A DNA stretch of 64,000 nt, taken from NCBI GenBank assembly GCA_964016885.1, contig OZ024740.1:103106001-103170000 (forward strand), given 5' to 3'. Shown piece after piece: positions 1-15,871 of the stretch. The translations under genes were made by a program, and so were the position numbers. Positions within the stretch are counted from its first letter, which is position 1, and every line of letters starts with the position of its first letter. This stretch comes from Eledone cirrhosa. Taxonomy: Eukaryota. Under the pieces are notes generated by a model, which was not told where the DNA came from, made no database searches, and was given only the letters and a program-made list of their open reading frames with translations.

Positions 1-2317
<2,317 letters not shown>

Positions 2318-3758
2318 CTAGGCTGACAAAAACAAACTCAGAGCAAGTGAGGTGCAGAGAGGAAATGGTAGCAACAACTACTACTAAAAATCACAGAGAT
2401 AAAAGAATGAGAGACTAGTCATGAAAGGGCAGGAGGATGGTCAGAGTGCAATAGTGCAACTTGACATCTAATGTTCAAAGCAAAATTGAGAAAAGTATGC
2501 ATTTTTTATAAGAAGCAGTTATTACTATCCCCACTAACAAAAATCAGATTTCCCCTTTAAGCATAAAATGCAATGTGCTATGAAACTAATTTTTCTTTGA
2601 GAATAACTATTATTTGATGCTAGAATTTAATTTTCTTTCTCCAACGGAAAGACAAACTTTAATACATTTTGAACTTAAAGCATATGTCATTCAGTTTATC
2701 ACCATCAAAATGAATTTTCTTATTTAATACCATTGGCCTCCATGGGGAATTTCACTTAGTTCCTCACTTTTAGTATATATATATATTGATGCTTCTAAAA
2801 GCATCTGAAGGAATTACACATTCTCATCAAGAGAACTGTTATATTCTCAACTTCCACATTATGTTTTTTTCATCCATTTCAGTATTCGCTGTCTGTCGTC
2901 TTTGAGGCCTTGAAAACCAGGAAACATAAGATTTTTCCCAACATCTATTTCATGAAGTTGCCACTCTTCATTGAGAAAATAACCATGGCTATCCAGAGAG
3001 CCATCTGTAGGGAGGGACTGGGTGTAGATTAAGTCCATTCTGTATCCTCAATGTAGAAATTCTTATAAAAAATGACATGAAGAGGACAAAACACAGTAGA
3101 TGCAGACATATAGCTATAGACATACATGGTATATTGTATCCAATGCATCAAATGAAACAAGTTTTATATCAGCAGCACAAACTGAACTCTACATATCTGT
3201 GTCAAAGAACTCCCCAATACATACAGATTCTTCTTCAAACAAACTCATAGATAAGTGCAAGAACATGAATAAAAATATCAGTTGCTATCAAAGCCATGGA
3301 TCAGAATACTGACATTCTGAGAATGAAAGAACCTAGTGCATCCATTCATGAAACCTTACCAAAATGGATCATTCGCTGTTTACTCTCAAAGTTTGACAAC
3401 ACTACTAATAAATGTAAGCATGTAAAAGGGTGATGAGGATGTTGATGATATAGATGTATATTCTTGCATATTGTAAGAAGCAAATAAAAGGATTGGTGTC
3501 ACAAAGGGCATCCATCTGTAAAACACTGCATAAAAAACTCCTCTTCAACCAAAGTCAGAATGAAAAAGTCAACGTAGAAATCATGAAAGAGGGGGATATC
3601 ATCATTATTATCCTTTTACGTCCAATTTTCCATGTTTATGTGGGATGGATGGGATGTTTACAGGCAGAGCTTTACAGCCTGATGCCCTTTCTGATGACAA
3701 ATTACTTAGCTAAATGTTATAGAATACAAGAATATAGAGTAGCTATTTAAAAGCCAGG

Positions 3759-3759
<1 letters not shown>

Positions 3760-3835
<76 letters not shown>

Positions 3836-3854
3836 ATATTATATATATATATAT

Positions 3855-3907
<53 letters not shown>

Positions 3908-3945
3908 ATTATATATATATATATATTATATATATATATATATAT

Positions 3946-3979
<34 letters not shown>

Positions 3980-3985
3980 ATATAT

Positions 3986-4019
<34 letters not shown>

Positions 4020-4036
4020 ATATTATATATATATAT

Positions 4037-4070
<34 letters not shown>

Positions 4071-4104
4071 ATATTATATATATATATATATTATATATAT
4101 ATAT

Positions 4105-4138
<34 letters not shown>

Positions 4139-4292
4139 ATATTATATATATATATTATATATATATTATATATATATATAATATATATATATATTATATA
4201 TGTATATATATTATATATATTATATATATATATAATATATATATATATATAATATTTATATATATATAATATTTATATATATAATATATATA
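3760..4292. repeat. Compound (TA)n/TATTA microsatellite
   Basis: Seen directly. Confidence 0.95.
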
Positions 4293-4370
4293 TCTGGACT
4301 GAATTAGCCGTCGAAACGGCTTGAGCTCAGCCGTCGGGGTCCTACTCGTTCCTATATATAATATATATAT

Positions 4371-5303
4371 AGGGGGAGGGTGCTCTGAAAGTACAGTAGC
4401 TAGAGTCAGAACTGGATGGAAAAAGTTCAGAGAGCTTACACCACTATTAGCCGCTAAAGGGTTCTCCCTAAAAATGAAAGGCAGGTTGTATGATGCCTGC
4501 ATACGAACAGCAATGTTGCATGGCAGTGAGACCTGGGCATTGTGTGCAGAGGATATACGCAGACTAGAGAGGAACGAAGCTTGCATGCTCCGCTGGATGT
4601 GTAATAGTAATATACGTGAACGGCAAAGCATAAACGAACTAAGGAAAAAATTAGAAATAAGAGGGATCAGATGTTGTTTACTAGAGAGAAGGCTACATTG
4701 GTATGGACACGTGATGCGCATGAAAGACGACAGCTGTATAACAAAGTGCAGGGCAATAAAGATAGACGGTAGCTACGGAATAGGCAGACCCAGAAAAACC
4801 TGGGACGAGCTGATAAATTCCGACCTCACACACTAACACCTCTCCAAGACAATGTCACTGGACCGAGACCTTTGGCGGTACTCAGTAATAGAGAAGACCC
4901 GCCTTACCTAAATACAAAGTAAAACCTACTACAGTCAGTAGGCATCTCTAACAAAATACACCCCCGTCCCACCACCCCCACCCCATCCACACCGCCCCAT
5001 TCAATGTAAAGTTATGTTGGTGCCACAACATCCAGGCCGAAACAAATGAGATCGTGTAGGTGTCACGACAAAAAACACACAGTCCACGCTGTAATGTGGC
5101 CGTGTAGGCAACACGGTAAAAACCTCCCAGCCCCACACTGTAAATGTGGTTGGTGTTAGGAAGGGCATCCAGCTGTAGAAAACCCGCCAGACAGTCCTAT
5201 GCGAGCAAGACAATCACTCTTGCCTCAAGTGGGAAAACCCCCGTCCAAACCCATGCAAGCGTGGAACACGGACGTTAAACGATGATGATGAAGATGATGA
5301 TGA
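4371..5303 (+). mobile_element. 5'-truncated RTE-clade LINE (RT C-terminus, 3' UTR, (GAT)n tail)
   Basis: ORF 4321-4836 has GW.KFREL, KGRLYDAC, LHGSETW, RRLHWYGHVMR and GRPRKTW motifs; (GAT)n tail at about 5281-5303. Confidence 0.9.
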
Positions 5304-5611
5304 TATATATAATATATATATATAATATATATATAATATATATATATAATATATATATAATATATATATATAATATATATATATAATATATATATATATA
5401 TAATATATATATATATATAATATATATATATATATATAATATATATATATAATATATATATAATATATATATATATAATATTTATATATATAAACGGCTT
5501 GAGCTCAGCCGTCGGGGTCCTACTCGTTCCTATTACCCACTCTACTACCCTAAGTATTGAGTACTTTGGTGCGTTATGGTCCACCTGGTTCCTTACCACA
5601 TTTCCTTCGTT

Positions 5612-6202
<591 letters not shown>

Positions 6203-8369
6203 AGAGGTTATATTTAACATACGCATTTAAACATACAGACTTAACTAGTAATGAAATGCACATTATCTTAACTGCACGGAAAACATTAATTAAATTTAAC
6301 AACCACCTCTGGACTAGAGCAGACAGAGATAGTAATTTCGATATCACTATGGGGTCATCCGATTCCGCACAAATAACGGATCTTGTGGGGCGTTTTATTA
6401 ATAATACTCTACATAGGAAAATACCGGAGATGACCGGAGGTATATATCGCGACGATATGCTATTACTTATAGAAAATAATAATAACTGTGAAATGAATAG
6501 GAAAAGAAAAGAAATTATACAATTTCTTAATTACCATAATCTTTAAGTAGAATTAGAGAATAATTATAAAATAGTTAACTTTCTAGATGTAACTTTAAAC
6601 CTTAACACAGGTCGTTATTATCCATTTCACAAAATAATTGAGAACTTAAACTACGTTAACTTTAATTCCAATCACCCCAGATACGTTAAAAACACTATAG
6701 TAAACTCTGTGCAGCAACGTATTTCTAGAATTTCAGCTAATAAGAATATTTTTGAAGATAAAGCGCAATATTATAACGAAGCATTAGGTAGGGCTGGATA
6801 TAGTAATACAATTAAATACATTGATAATAATGATATGACAACTAACCATAATTTTAACAACTATAATAGGAAACCTTACAATAATTCGAAAAACAAAAAA
6901 AGAAATAGAACTAGGGATATATTATGGTTCGCTCCTCCTTTCTCATTAAGTATTAAAACTCCTATTGCTAAATTATTCTTTAAAGCTCTAGATAAATACT
7001 TTCCTAGAACACATAGGTATTACTCAATATTTAATAGACATACTATAAAATTATCGCATTCCACCACCAGTAATTTAGCGCAGAATATTAATAGAATTAA
7101 TAATAGAAACTTAAAACCTAACCAGAATACCATTAATAACCCCTGCAATATCCAATTTAATAATATGACTCCTAGGAACATAAATTTTGATAAATGTAAC
7201 TGTAGAAATAAATCTAGCTGTCCGCTAAATAACAATTGTTTATTTAAAAATATAGTATATAATTGTAACGTAAAAACTAATTTAAATTCATTTAATTATG
7301 TAGGTTCTACCTCCACGGAGGTTAAGTCCCGTTTTAATAACCATAAATGCTCTTTTACGAATATAAATATAAAATCTTCAACTTCTCTATCTAATTTACT
7401 ATGGGACCTTAAATCAAAGAACACTAACTATTCTTTACTTTGGAATATTATCTCCAAAGCTCCTCCATTCAATGCTTCATCTGAAAATTGTGCTCTTTGT
7501 ATAGAAGAAATATTCTTTATATTAAAAAGTAAAAAATCTGTTAATTTAAAGAATAATCTTTTCAGTTCTTGTAAACATCGATTGAATTCAACTTTTAAAT
7601 ATATATATATAAAATGTAATACATAACTCATCTTTATTACACCTATCGATAAATCATTAGATTCCTTCATGTGACTGCTTACTCTCTTAAAGAAAAATGT
7701 TTTTCTTGATAAACGTACTGAAAATTTTTTGAAAATTCCTCTGATGGGTATAAGAAAATTATAATTCATATTTTATACTGTGTATTTTATATTTCTATAT
7801 TCTTATATTTTTAAATTCATTATAATTCATATTTTATATTGTGTATTTTATATTTCTATATTCTTATATTTTTCAAATGCTTTTTATATATATATGAGAT
7901 AAACATAGTGATTTTGATGAATATGGTATAACCTAAAATTTATACTTTAAATATATTCTATAAATATACTCTTATGAAAGAGTTTTTATGGTTTATGCTT
8001 TGGATATATTCCTATAAAAATTTTAAATATAATTTCTATATGTTATGACGTTATAGCAAGCAAATTTATGTTTTAACAATTATAACTATATGACAGCTAA
8101 AATTATGAATTTATAAATTTATAACTTACTATAAAATAACATAAGATTCATACTCTAATTACATTATTAAGATGGAAAATTTAAATGTTTAACTTCTTAA
8201 CCTTATAGCATTTAATCCTTAGAGTTACCTGAATTATTAATAAATCACTAACAATTTTCCTTTACGCTGTACTGCTATTATAATACAAATAAAGGATTAT
8301 TCTTCTGTAAACTCTCCGAATTTCCATGGGCTTTGAATTGTTCGGATACTTTAAACCTACAATTTTTTA

Positions 8370-8401
<32 letters not shown>

Positions 8402-9097
8402 TTTATAATTTTCTAATAATTTTTTAATAATTAATGATAATAATATATATCTTATAATAATAATAATAATAATATATATGGTTTTGTAATAATAGTATTT
8501 TTTTAATAGTATATATAAATATATATAAAAGTTTTTAACATACATATTTAAACTACCGATTGAATTGATAAATTATTAATTTATTAAACCCTAGATAAAA
8601 TTCTTCAACCTATCATTATAATGAATCCGGCTATTATTCATCTACGATATATTCATTTATTCATTTCTTCGCTTCTTCTCTCATAACGTAAACAATAATT
8701 ACGCTATTACTGTCCTTATAACTAATATTCTCTCTCACTTAAATATACTCACGTTGTTTCTCTTTCTCTTTCTTTTTCTCTTTCTTTTTTCTTTTTCTCT
8801 TTCTTTTTTCCCTCTTCCAACGGCGCAATTTAAATATACTGTTATTTAAACCTTTCCGACACTAATTTGCATAATAAACCAACAATAAATCTAATATCTC
8901 CACTATCCGGGAGACTCCAACCGTGAAGGTTGCATTTTTCAGGGTATGTCAATATTTATTTATAAAACTAATCTATATTATATTTTATCTGATGAAAACG
9001 CACCATAATCTGTCTTGGTGGCCCTTGAAATATGTATAATGAAATAAATATTGTTTTATAAATATAGTTTCCATTTGTTAATATATTGTATTATTAT
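6203..9097 (+). mobile_element. 5'-truncated Penelope-like element: RT C-terminal half, GIY-YIG endonuclease, long 3' region with HHR
   Basis: FNN, TMGS, YRDD, NFLDV and SNHP RT motifs with an in-frame stop at about 6544. ORF 6709-7626 has CNC..CPL..C, NIVY..YVGST..RFNNH and CALC. HHR at 8981-9046; flanked by (TA)n. Confidence 0.9.
8981..9046 (+). ncRNA. Type I hammerhead ribozyme of PLE 3' end
   Basis: TATTTTAT-CTGATGA-(CACCA/TGGTG stem II)-GAAA-TATGTA-TA-ATGAAATA; 8-bp stem I; base of stem II imperfect. Confidence 0.75.
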
Positions 9098-9630
9098 ATA
9101 TATATATATATTTGTGTATGTGTTTATGTATTTTGTATATGTGTGTATATATGTGTGTATATATGTGTATATATGTGTATATATGTGTATATATGTGTAT
9201 GTAGATGTGTTTGTATCTGTTTGTATATATGTGTATATTTATATGTATGTATGTTTGTATATATGTATGTGTATATGTATGTATATGTGTATGTATGTAT
9301 ATGTATATGTATATATATGTGTGTGTGTATGTATGTATATGTGTATGTATATATGTATATATGTGTACATATATATATGTACTTATATATATATATATAT
9401 GTATATATATGTGTATATGTATATGTATGTGTATGTATATGTATATATATGTATATATATATATATATGTATGTATGTATGTGTATGTATGTGTGTATAT
9501 ATGTATATATATGTATATATATATATATATGAATGTGTATGTATATGTATGTATATATGTGTGTATATGTATGTATATGTATGTGTGTATGTGTATATAT
9601 GTATATATATATATATATATATCACGTATA
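9098..9630. repeat. (TA)n/(TG)n microsatellite block
   Basis: Seen directly. Confidence 0.95.
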
Positions 9631-9631
9631 T

Positions 9632-10757
9632 ATATATATATCCAAAATTAAGTTAAATTAAGGGTGTCATGTCAGATAGACATGCGCCATGTCACCCGTA
9701 AAATATGCTCCAAGATTCCAATGAATAGATCCGATCATTTTATATCAACTAGAAATTAATTGACATATAAATATATCTAAAATAAACACATGAAACAATC
9801 ACAGGGGATAATTTGTAAAAGTGTGTAAGCACACATAGCTATGTAGGTAACTAAATAAAGTTTAACTAGAACTTCAAAATTAGATACCTTATAAATTGAT
9901 TAATCTTCCTTGTATATATTCAATTAAAGAAATATATTTCACCAATTAATCGATTGGTAAACGACAGTAGCCAGATCCTGTATTTTCAACAAGGAAGAGG
10001 ACTAACCATCTGGTTTACGCATCAAATTCAAATCAGCGACTGGTCAGTAACACGTGCTGTATTTATTAAAAATACTCACATCGTACCAACTTCGAAGCTG
10101 GTACGATGTGTGTATTTTTAGCTATGTGAGCTTACACACTTTTACAAATTATCCCCTGTGATTGTTTCATATGTTTATTTTAGATATATTTATATGTCAA
10201 TCAATTTCTAGTTGATATAAAATGCTCGGATCTATTCATTGGAATCTTGGAGCATATTTTACGGGTGACATGGCGCATGTCTATCTGACGTGACACCCTT
10301 AATTTAACTTAATTTTGGATATATATAAATACGGCTCCTTAATTGTAGATCTAACTCAGTTGAAAGGACTTGACTGCTATTTCTAGTTGTCGATAACCCT
10401 ATTCACGCCACTGGGACGAAGCTGGTACGATGTGTGTATTTTTAATAAATACAGCACGTGTTACTGGCCAGTCGATGATTTGAATTTGATGCGTAAACAC
10501 AGATGGTTAGTCCTCTTCCTTGTTGAAAATACAGGATCTGGCTACTGTCGTTTACCAATCGATTAATTGGTGAAATATATTTCATTAATGAAATATATAC
10601 AAGGAAGATTAATCAATTTATAAGGTACTAATTTTGAAGTTCTAGTTAAACTTTATTTAGTTACCTACATAGCTATGTGTGCTTACACACTTTTACAAAT
10701 TATCCCCTGTGATTGTTTCATGTTTATTTTAGATATATTTATATGTCAATCAATTTC

Positions 10758-10762
<5 letters not shown>
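9632..10762 (+). mobile_element. Non-coding tandem + foldback element (period ~551 bp) with HHR-like motif
   Basis: 9632-10092 is inverted relative to the direct part 10119-10762; hairpin tip near 10092; AGCTATGTG repeats at 10120 and 10671; HHR-like motif at 10514-10608. Confidence 0.7.
10514..10608 (+). ncRNA. Candidate HHR with TTGAAAA (U3-A8) core
   Basis: TCTTCCTTG-TTGAAAA-...-GAAA-TATA-TA-CAAGGAAGA; perfect 9-bp stem I; closing pairs of stem II not evident; inverted copy at about 9904-9998 lacks one A of GAAA. Confidence 0.4.
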
Positions 10763-11368
<606 letters not shown>

Positions 11369-11369
11369 A

Positions 11370-11700
11370 CCAAGGTTTCTTGGTGAGGAGGGTGTCTGGA
11401 CATCCTGCAGGACTAAAAACAAAACCTGTCAAGGGGAAAAGGAGCTCTTAAGAGTCAATGGCCATCTAAATTCACCGAGAGAGATGACTCCTTAGCCTTT
11501 TTAAAGGCAGAATTCTAGGAGAAGGAAAACTTTGATATTACACCTGCAACCCTGATGGTATCCAATGATGTTGACTTGTTCTTCTTTTTGGTAAATATCA
11601 TCTTGGTTAAGAGAGTGGGACTGGCTTTGTGCAGTGCCTTTGCTCACTATAAAAGCTTCACGGCACAGGCATTGCTTTATATCTGGAGATCTCTCTGCAC
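11370..11700 (+). repeat. Interspersed non-coding repeat family (other copies ~40000-40360 and ~40450-40930)
   Basis: Shared motifs TTGGTGAGGAGGGTG, GAGTCAA-GGCCATC and GCACAGGCATTG at all three sites; class not determined. Confidence 0.6.
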
Positions 11701-11912
11701 TTGTCGTCAGATGGTACGATGGGCCCAGCACTATGTGTCAATAATTGTCACAAGTGTAGTCTTTGTACCATAGTTTTCAAGTCGCTGGCTGGACTAAAAA
11801 GTCACACTCGTTCAGCGCATCGGTAGGGGTTCTCCTACATGGATATAAAGTAATGGCCGTACTCGAAAACGAGTTGGCAGCCACCATATATATATGTGTA
11901 TATGTATGTTTG

Positions 11913-11973
<61 letters not shown>

Positions 11974-12043
11974 GTATATATATATACATATATATGAAAG
12001 ACGTAAAATAAGAAAATTTTAAAATTAACTTACTAAAATTTTC

Positions 12044-12125
12044 ACTCCAACTAATTAGTTTCTGTAAGGGAATAAATATAGTTACGCAACGCAACTATAG
12101 AGAAATCCTTACGTCATCAGGGAGT
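12044..12125 (-). ncRNA. Type I hammerhead ribozyme
   Basis: ACTCC-CTGATGA-c-GTAAGG..TATAGTTGCG-ttg-CGTAACTATA..CCTTAC-a-GAAA-CTAATTAG-TT-GGAGT; all three stems pair; GUU site. Confidence 0.88.
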
Positions 12126-12575
12126 CTATTCTCAGCTAAGTTCCCAGGCAATGCGCCGACACTAGGAACCCATATAAAAATAATAATTCAGTGGATGGAA
12201 AAAAGCAAGCGCGGACTAGATTCCAGGGCACTGAACAAATTCACTGCCTACTTGGTCAGTGGCAAATTCTAAAGAATCAATCACGTGACACTGAGGTTAA
12301 TCAGTGAGGAGTGGGGTGGTGATAAGACAAGAGCCTAACTACTACCATGAACCATAGCAGTAAATTTCGGCAAGTTTTGCTCAACAAATAATTTGGAGAT
12401 AAATATAGAGAATTAGTATATCTACCAACATATGTATACAGATGTATACTCATGCTAGCAAATATATATGTTATGTCTTAGTACCTTTATGGTTCTATGC
12501 AAGGGGATGCAGAACAATTATATGAAAGACGTAAAATAAGAAAATTTTAAAATTAACTTACTTACTAAAATTTTC

Positions 12576-12662
12576 ACTCCAACTAATTAGTTTAGTTTCT
12601 GTAAGGGAATAAATATAGTTACGCAACGCAACTATAGAGATATCCTTACGTCATCAGGGAGT
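12576..12662 (-). ncRNA. Type I hammerhead ribozyme, second copy with 5-nt duplication in stem III
   Basis: As 12044-12125 but reads GAAA-CTAA-ACTAA-TTAG-TT. Confidence 0.83.
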
Positions 12663-13124
12663 CTATTCTCAGCTAAGTTCCCAGGCAATGCGCGGACACT
12701 AGGAACCCATATAAAAATAATAATTCAGTGGATGGAAAAAAGCAAGCGGGGACTAGATTCCAGGGCACTGAAAAAATTCACTGCCTTCTTGGTCAGTGGC
12801 AAATTCTAAAGAATAAATCATGTGACACTGAGGTTAATCAGTGAGGAGTGGCGTGCTGATAAGACAAGAGCCTAACTACTACCATGAACCATAGCAGTAA
12901 ATTTTCTCTATAGTTGCGTTGCGTAACTATATTTATTCCCTTACAGAAACTAATTAGCTGGAGTGAAAATTTTAGTAAGTTAATTTTAAAATTTTCTTAT
13001 TTTACGTCTTTCATATAATTGTTCTGCATCCCCTTGCATAGAACCACAAAGGTACTAAGACATAACATATATATTTTCTAGCATGAGTATACATCTGTAT
13101 ACATATGTTGGTAGATATACTAAT

Positions 13125-13179
<55 letters not shown>

Positions 13180-13246
13180 AAGGTTTAGCAAATAATGAAA
13201 AAGTTTCAAAATAAATTTTAAAAAATTGACTTTACCTACTATAGTT

Positions 13247-13329
13247 ACCTTTACCGATCGGTTTCGAATCCCAAAAATAAACGGAGACCATACGGCCTTC
13301 GTTGCAAAGAAAGATTCTCGTCAGAAGGT
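13247..13329 (-). ncRNA. Type I hammerhead ribozyme (inverted copy)
   Basis: Reverse complement of 13932-14014. Confidence 0.9.
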
Positions 13330-13931
13330 TCTTTTCATTCGAAGAATATAAAATTCTTGAATTTAAATTACGAACTAGCGCTATCCAAAACTGTTCCTGA
13401 GATGAGAGTGAATGAAGTGGAATCAATTTTTTCAAGGGCCGAAGTAAAGATAGAGGCAGAGGGAGGTAGGTCAAACCGGCCGCAACTATCACTAGCAGCA
13501 GTCGGAACGACCCAATTTGTCTCTCAACAATAGAGGAGAGTAGTAATAATAGGATATGTGTTCCTTCACGCACAAGGCGCTAAGGGACGCATGTATTGTC
13601 CAACCAAATGCCAATGTGGTTCAATGGCAGGTTAATAAGAACCACATTGGCATTTGGTTGGACAATACATGCGTCCCTTAGCGCCTTGTGCGTGAAGGAA
13701 CACATATCCTATTATTACTACTCTCCTCTATTGTTGAGAGACAAATTGGGTCGTTCCGAATGCTGCTAGTGATAGTTGCGGCCGGTTTGACCTACCTCCC
13801 TCTGCCTCTATCTTTACTTCGGCCCTTGAAAAAATTGATTCCACTTCATTCACTCTCATCTCAGGAACAGTTTTGGATAGCGCTAGTTCGTAATTTAAAT
13901 TCAAGAATTTTATATTCTTCGAATGAAAAGA

Positions 13932-14014
13932 ACCTTCTGACGAGAATCTTTCTTTGCAACGAAGGCCGTATGGTCTCCGTTTATTTTTGGGATTCGAAAC
14001 CGATCGGTAAAGGT
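13932..14014 (+). ncRNA. Type I hammerhead ribozyme
   Basis: ACCTT-CTGACGA-GAATC...GATTC-GAAA-CCGATCGG-TA-AAGGT; stem I ACCTT/AAGGT, extended stem II, palindromic stem III, GUA site. Confidence 0.92.
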
Positions 14015-14416
14015 AACTATAGTAGGTAAAGTCAATTTTTTAAAATTTATTTTGAAACTTTTTCATTATTTGCTAAACCTTGTTTATATATGTTCTGGCT
14101 CGTTAATTTATTAACCTGCCATTGAACCACATTGGCATTTGGTTGGACAATACATGCGTCCCTTAGCGCCTTGTGCGTGAAGGAACACATATCCTATTAT
14201 TACTACTCTCCTCTATTGTTGAGAGACAAATTGGGTCGTTCCGACTGCTGCTAGTGATAGTTGCGGCCGGTTTGACCTACCTCCCTCTGCCTCTATCTTT
14301 ACTTCGGCCCTTGAAAAAATTGATTCCACTTCATTCACTCTCATCTCAGGAACAGTTTTGGATAGCGCTAGTTCGTAATTTAAATTCAAGAATTTTATAT
14401 TCTTCGAATGAAAAGA

Positions 14417-14499
14417 ACCTTCTGACGAGAATCTTTCTTTGCAACGAAGGCCGTATGGTCTCCGTTTATTTTTGGGATTCGAAACCGATCGGTAAAGGT
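14417..14499 (+). ncRNA. Type I hammerhead ribozyme (copy 2)
   Basis: Identical to 13932-14014. Confidence 0.92.
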
Positions 14500-14901
14500 A
14501 ACTATAGTAGGTAAAGTCAATTTTTTAAAATTTATTTTGAAACTTTTTCATTATTTGCTAAACCTTGTTTATATATGTTCTGGCTCGTTAATTTATTAAC
14601 CTGCCATTGAACCACATTGGCATTTGGTTGGACAATACATGCGTCCCTTAGCGCCTTGTGCGTGAAGGAACACATATCCTATTATTACTACTCTCCTCTA
14701 TTGTTGAGAGACAAATTGGGTCGTTCCGACTGCTGCTAGTGATAGTTGCGGCCGGTTTGACCTACCTCCCTCTGCCTCTATCTTTACTTCGGCCCTTGAA
14801 AAAATTGATTCCACTTCATTCACTCTCATCTCAGGAACAGTTTTGGATAGCGCTAGTTCGTAATTTAAATTCAAGAATTTTATATTCTTCGAATGAAAAG
14901 A

Positions 14902-14984
14902 ACCTTCTGACGAGAATCTTTCTTTGCAACGAAGGCCGTATGGTCTCCGTTTATTTTTGGGATTCGAAACCGATCGGTAAAGGT
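14902..14984 (+). ncRNA. Type I hammerhead ribozyme (copy 3)
   Basis: Identical to 13932-14014. Confidence 0.92.
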
Positions 14985-15014
14985 AACTATAGTAGGTAAA
15001 GTCAATTTTTTAAA

Positions 15015-15131
<117 letters not shown>

Positions 15132-15157
15132 TAAAAAAAAATATATATATATATATA

Positions 15158-15217
<60 letters not shown>

Positions 15218-15811
15218 CGCGTGTGTGTGTGTGTGTGTGTGTGTGTGTTGACACCTGGAATATAGCTTAAGAGAAATATGACAATAATGATAGACACCCA
15301 ATATTTTGAACTGGTTTATAGAATTCTCTTGGCCTTTGTCACTCTAAGTAGTGCTTTAAAGAATTAGCTTTTAAAAAATTTCCCTTTTCTTTAAATCCAT
15401 CAACCATGACCGACCCACAACCACCTTATAGACACCTGAAATATAGGCATTGTTAGCTTAAGAGAAACTTAAAAATAAGGAGTGGCACCCCATTCTTAAC
15501 CTGTTGATAGAATCCTTTCTGCCTTTGTCACTCGAAATATAAACTATAGACTTAAAGAATTAGCTTTTAATGAATTCCCTTTTCTTTCAACCAATGACCT
15601 CCACCCATCCCACTCCCCACCCTCTCCTACCACCAGAAAAGATATAAATAATACAACATTTATTTTTGGAAAGCCAGATTCCTGATGATTTCTAAAGAAT
15701 GAAACAGTTCTAGTCCTGTAGAATCTCATCTATATTAAAACTTTTATACTCTGCTATGTATTGAGTACCTTACTTACTGTGGTTACCTCCGATTCAACCC
15801 GGAATAACTTA

Positions 15812-15863
<52 letters not shown>

Positions 15864-15871
<8 letters not shown>

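Larger units (their letters stand above)
11993..13127 (-). mobile_element. Non-coding HHR element: ~528 bp unit x1.7 plus inverted arm (retrozyme-like / PLE pLTR-only)
   Basis: TATGAAAGACG at 11993 and 12521; inverted arm at about 12903-13127; HHRs at 12044-12125 and 12576-12662; flanked by (TA)n/(CT)n. Confidence 0.85.

Noticed and set aside
2340-3340. Possible host exons here and at 46.2-47.0 and 58.3-58.7 kb
   Set aside because: Stops in all frames; faint mutual similarity points to ancient LINE relics.
11770-11886. Structured minus-strand segment resembling an HDV-like ribozyme
   Set aside because: P1-, P2- and P4-like pairings exist but P3/L3 and P1.1 could not be built; needs a descriptor search.
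13688-14029. 113-aa ORF repeated four times
   Set aside because: GTG start, no recognisable domain, and it spans the HHR cleavage site; repetition just reflects the 485-bp unit.
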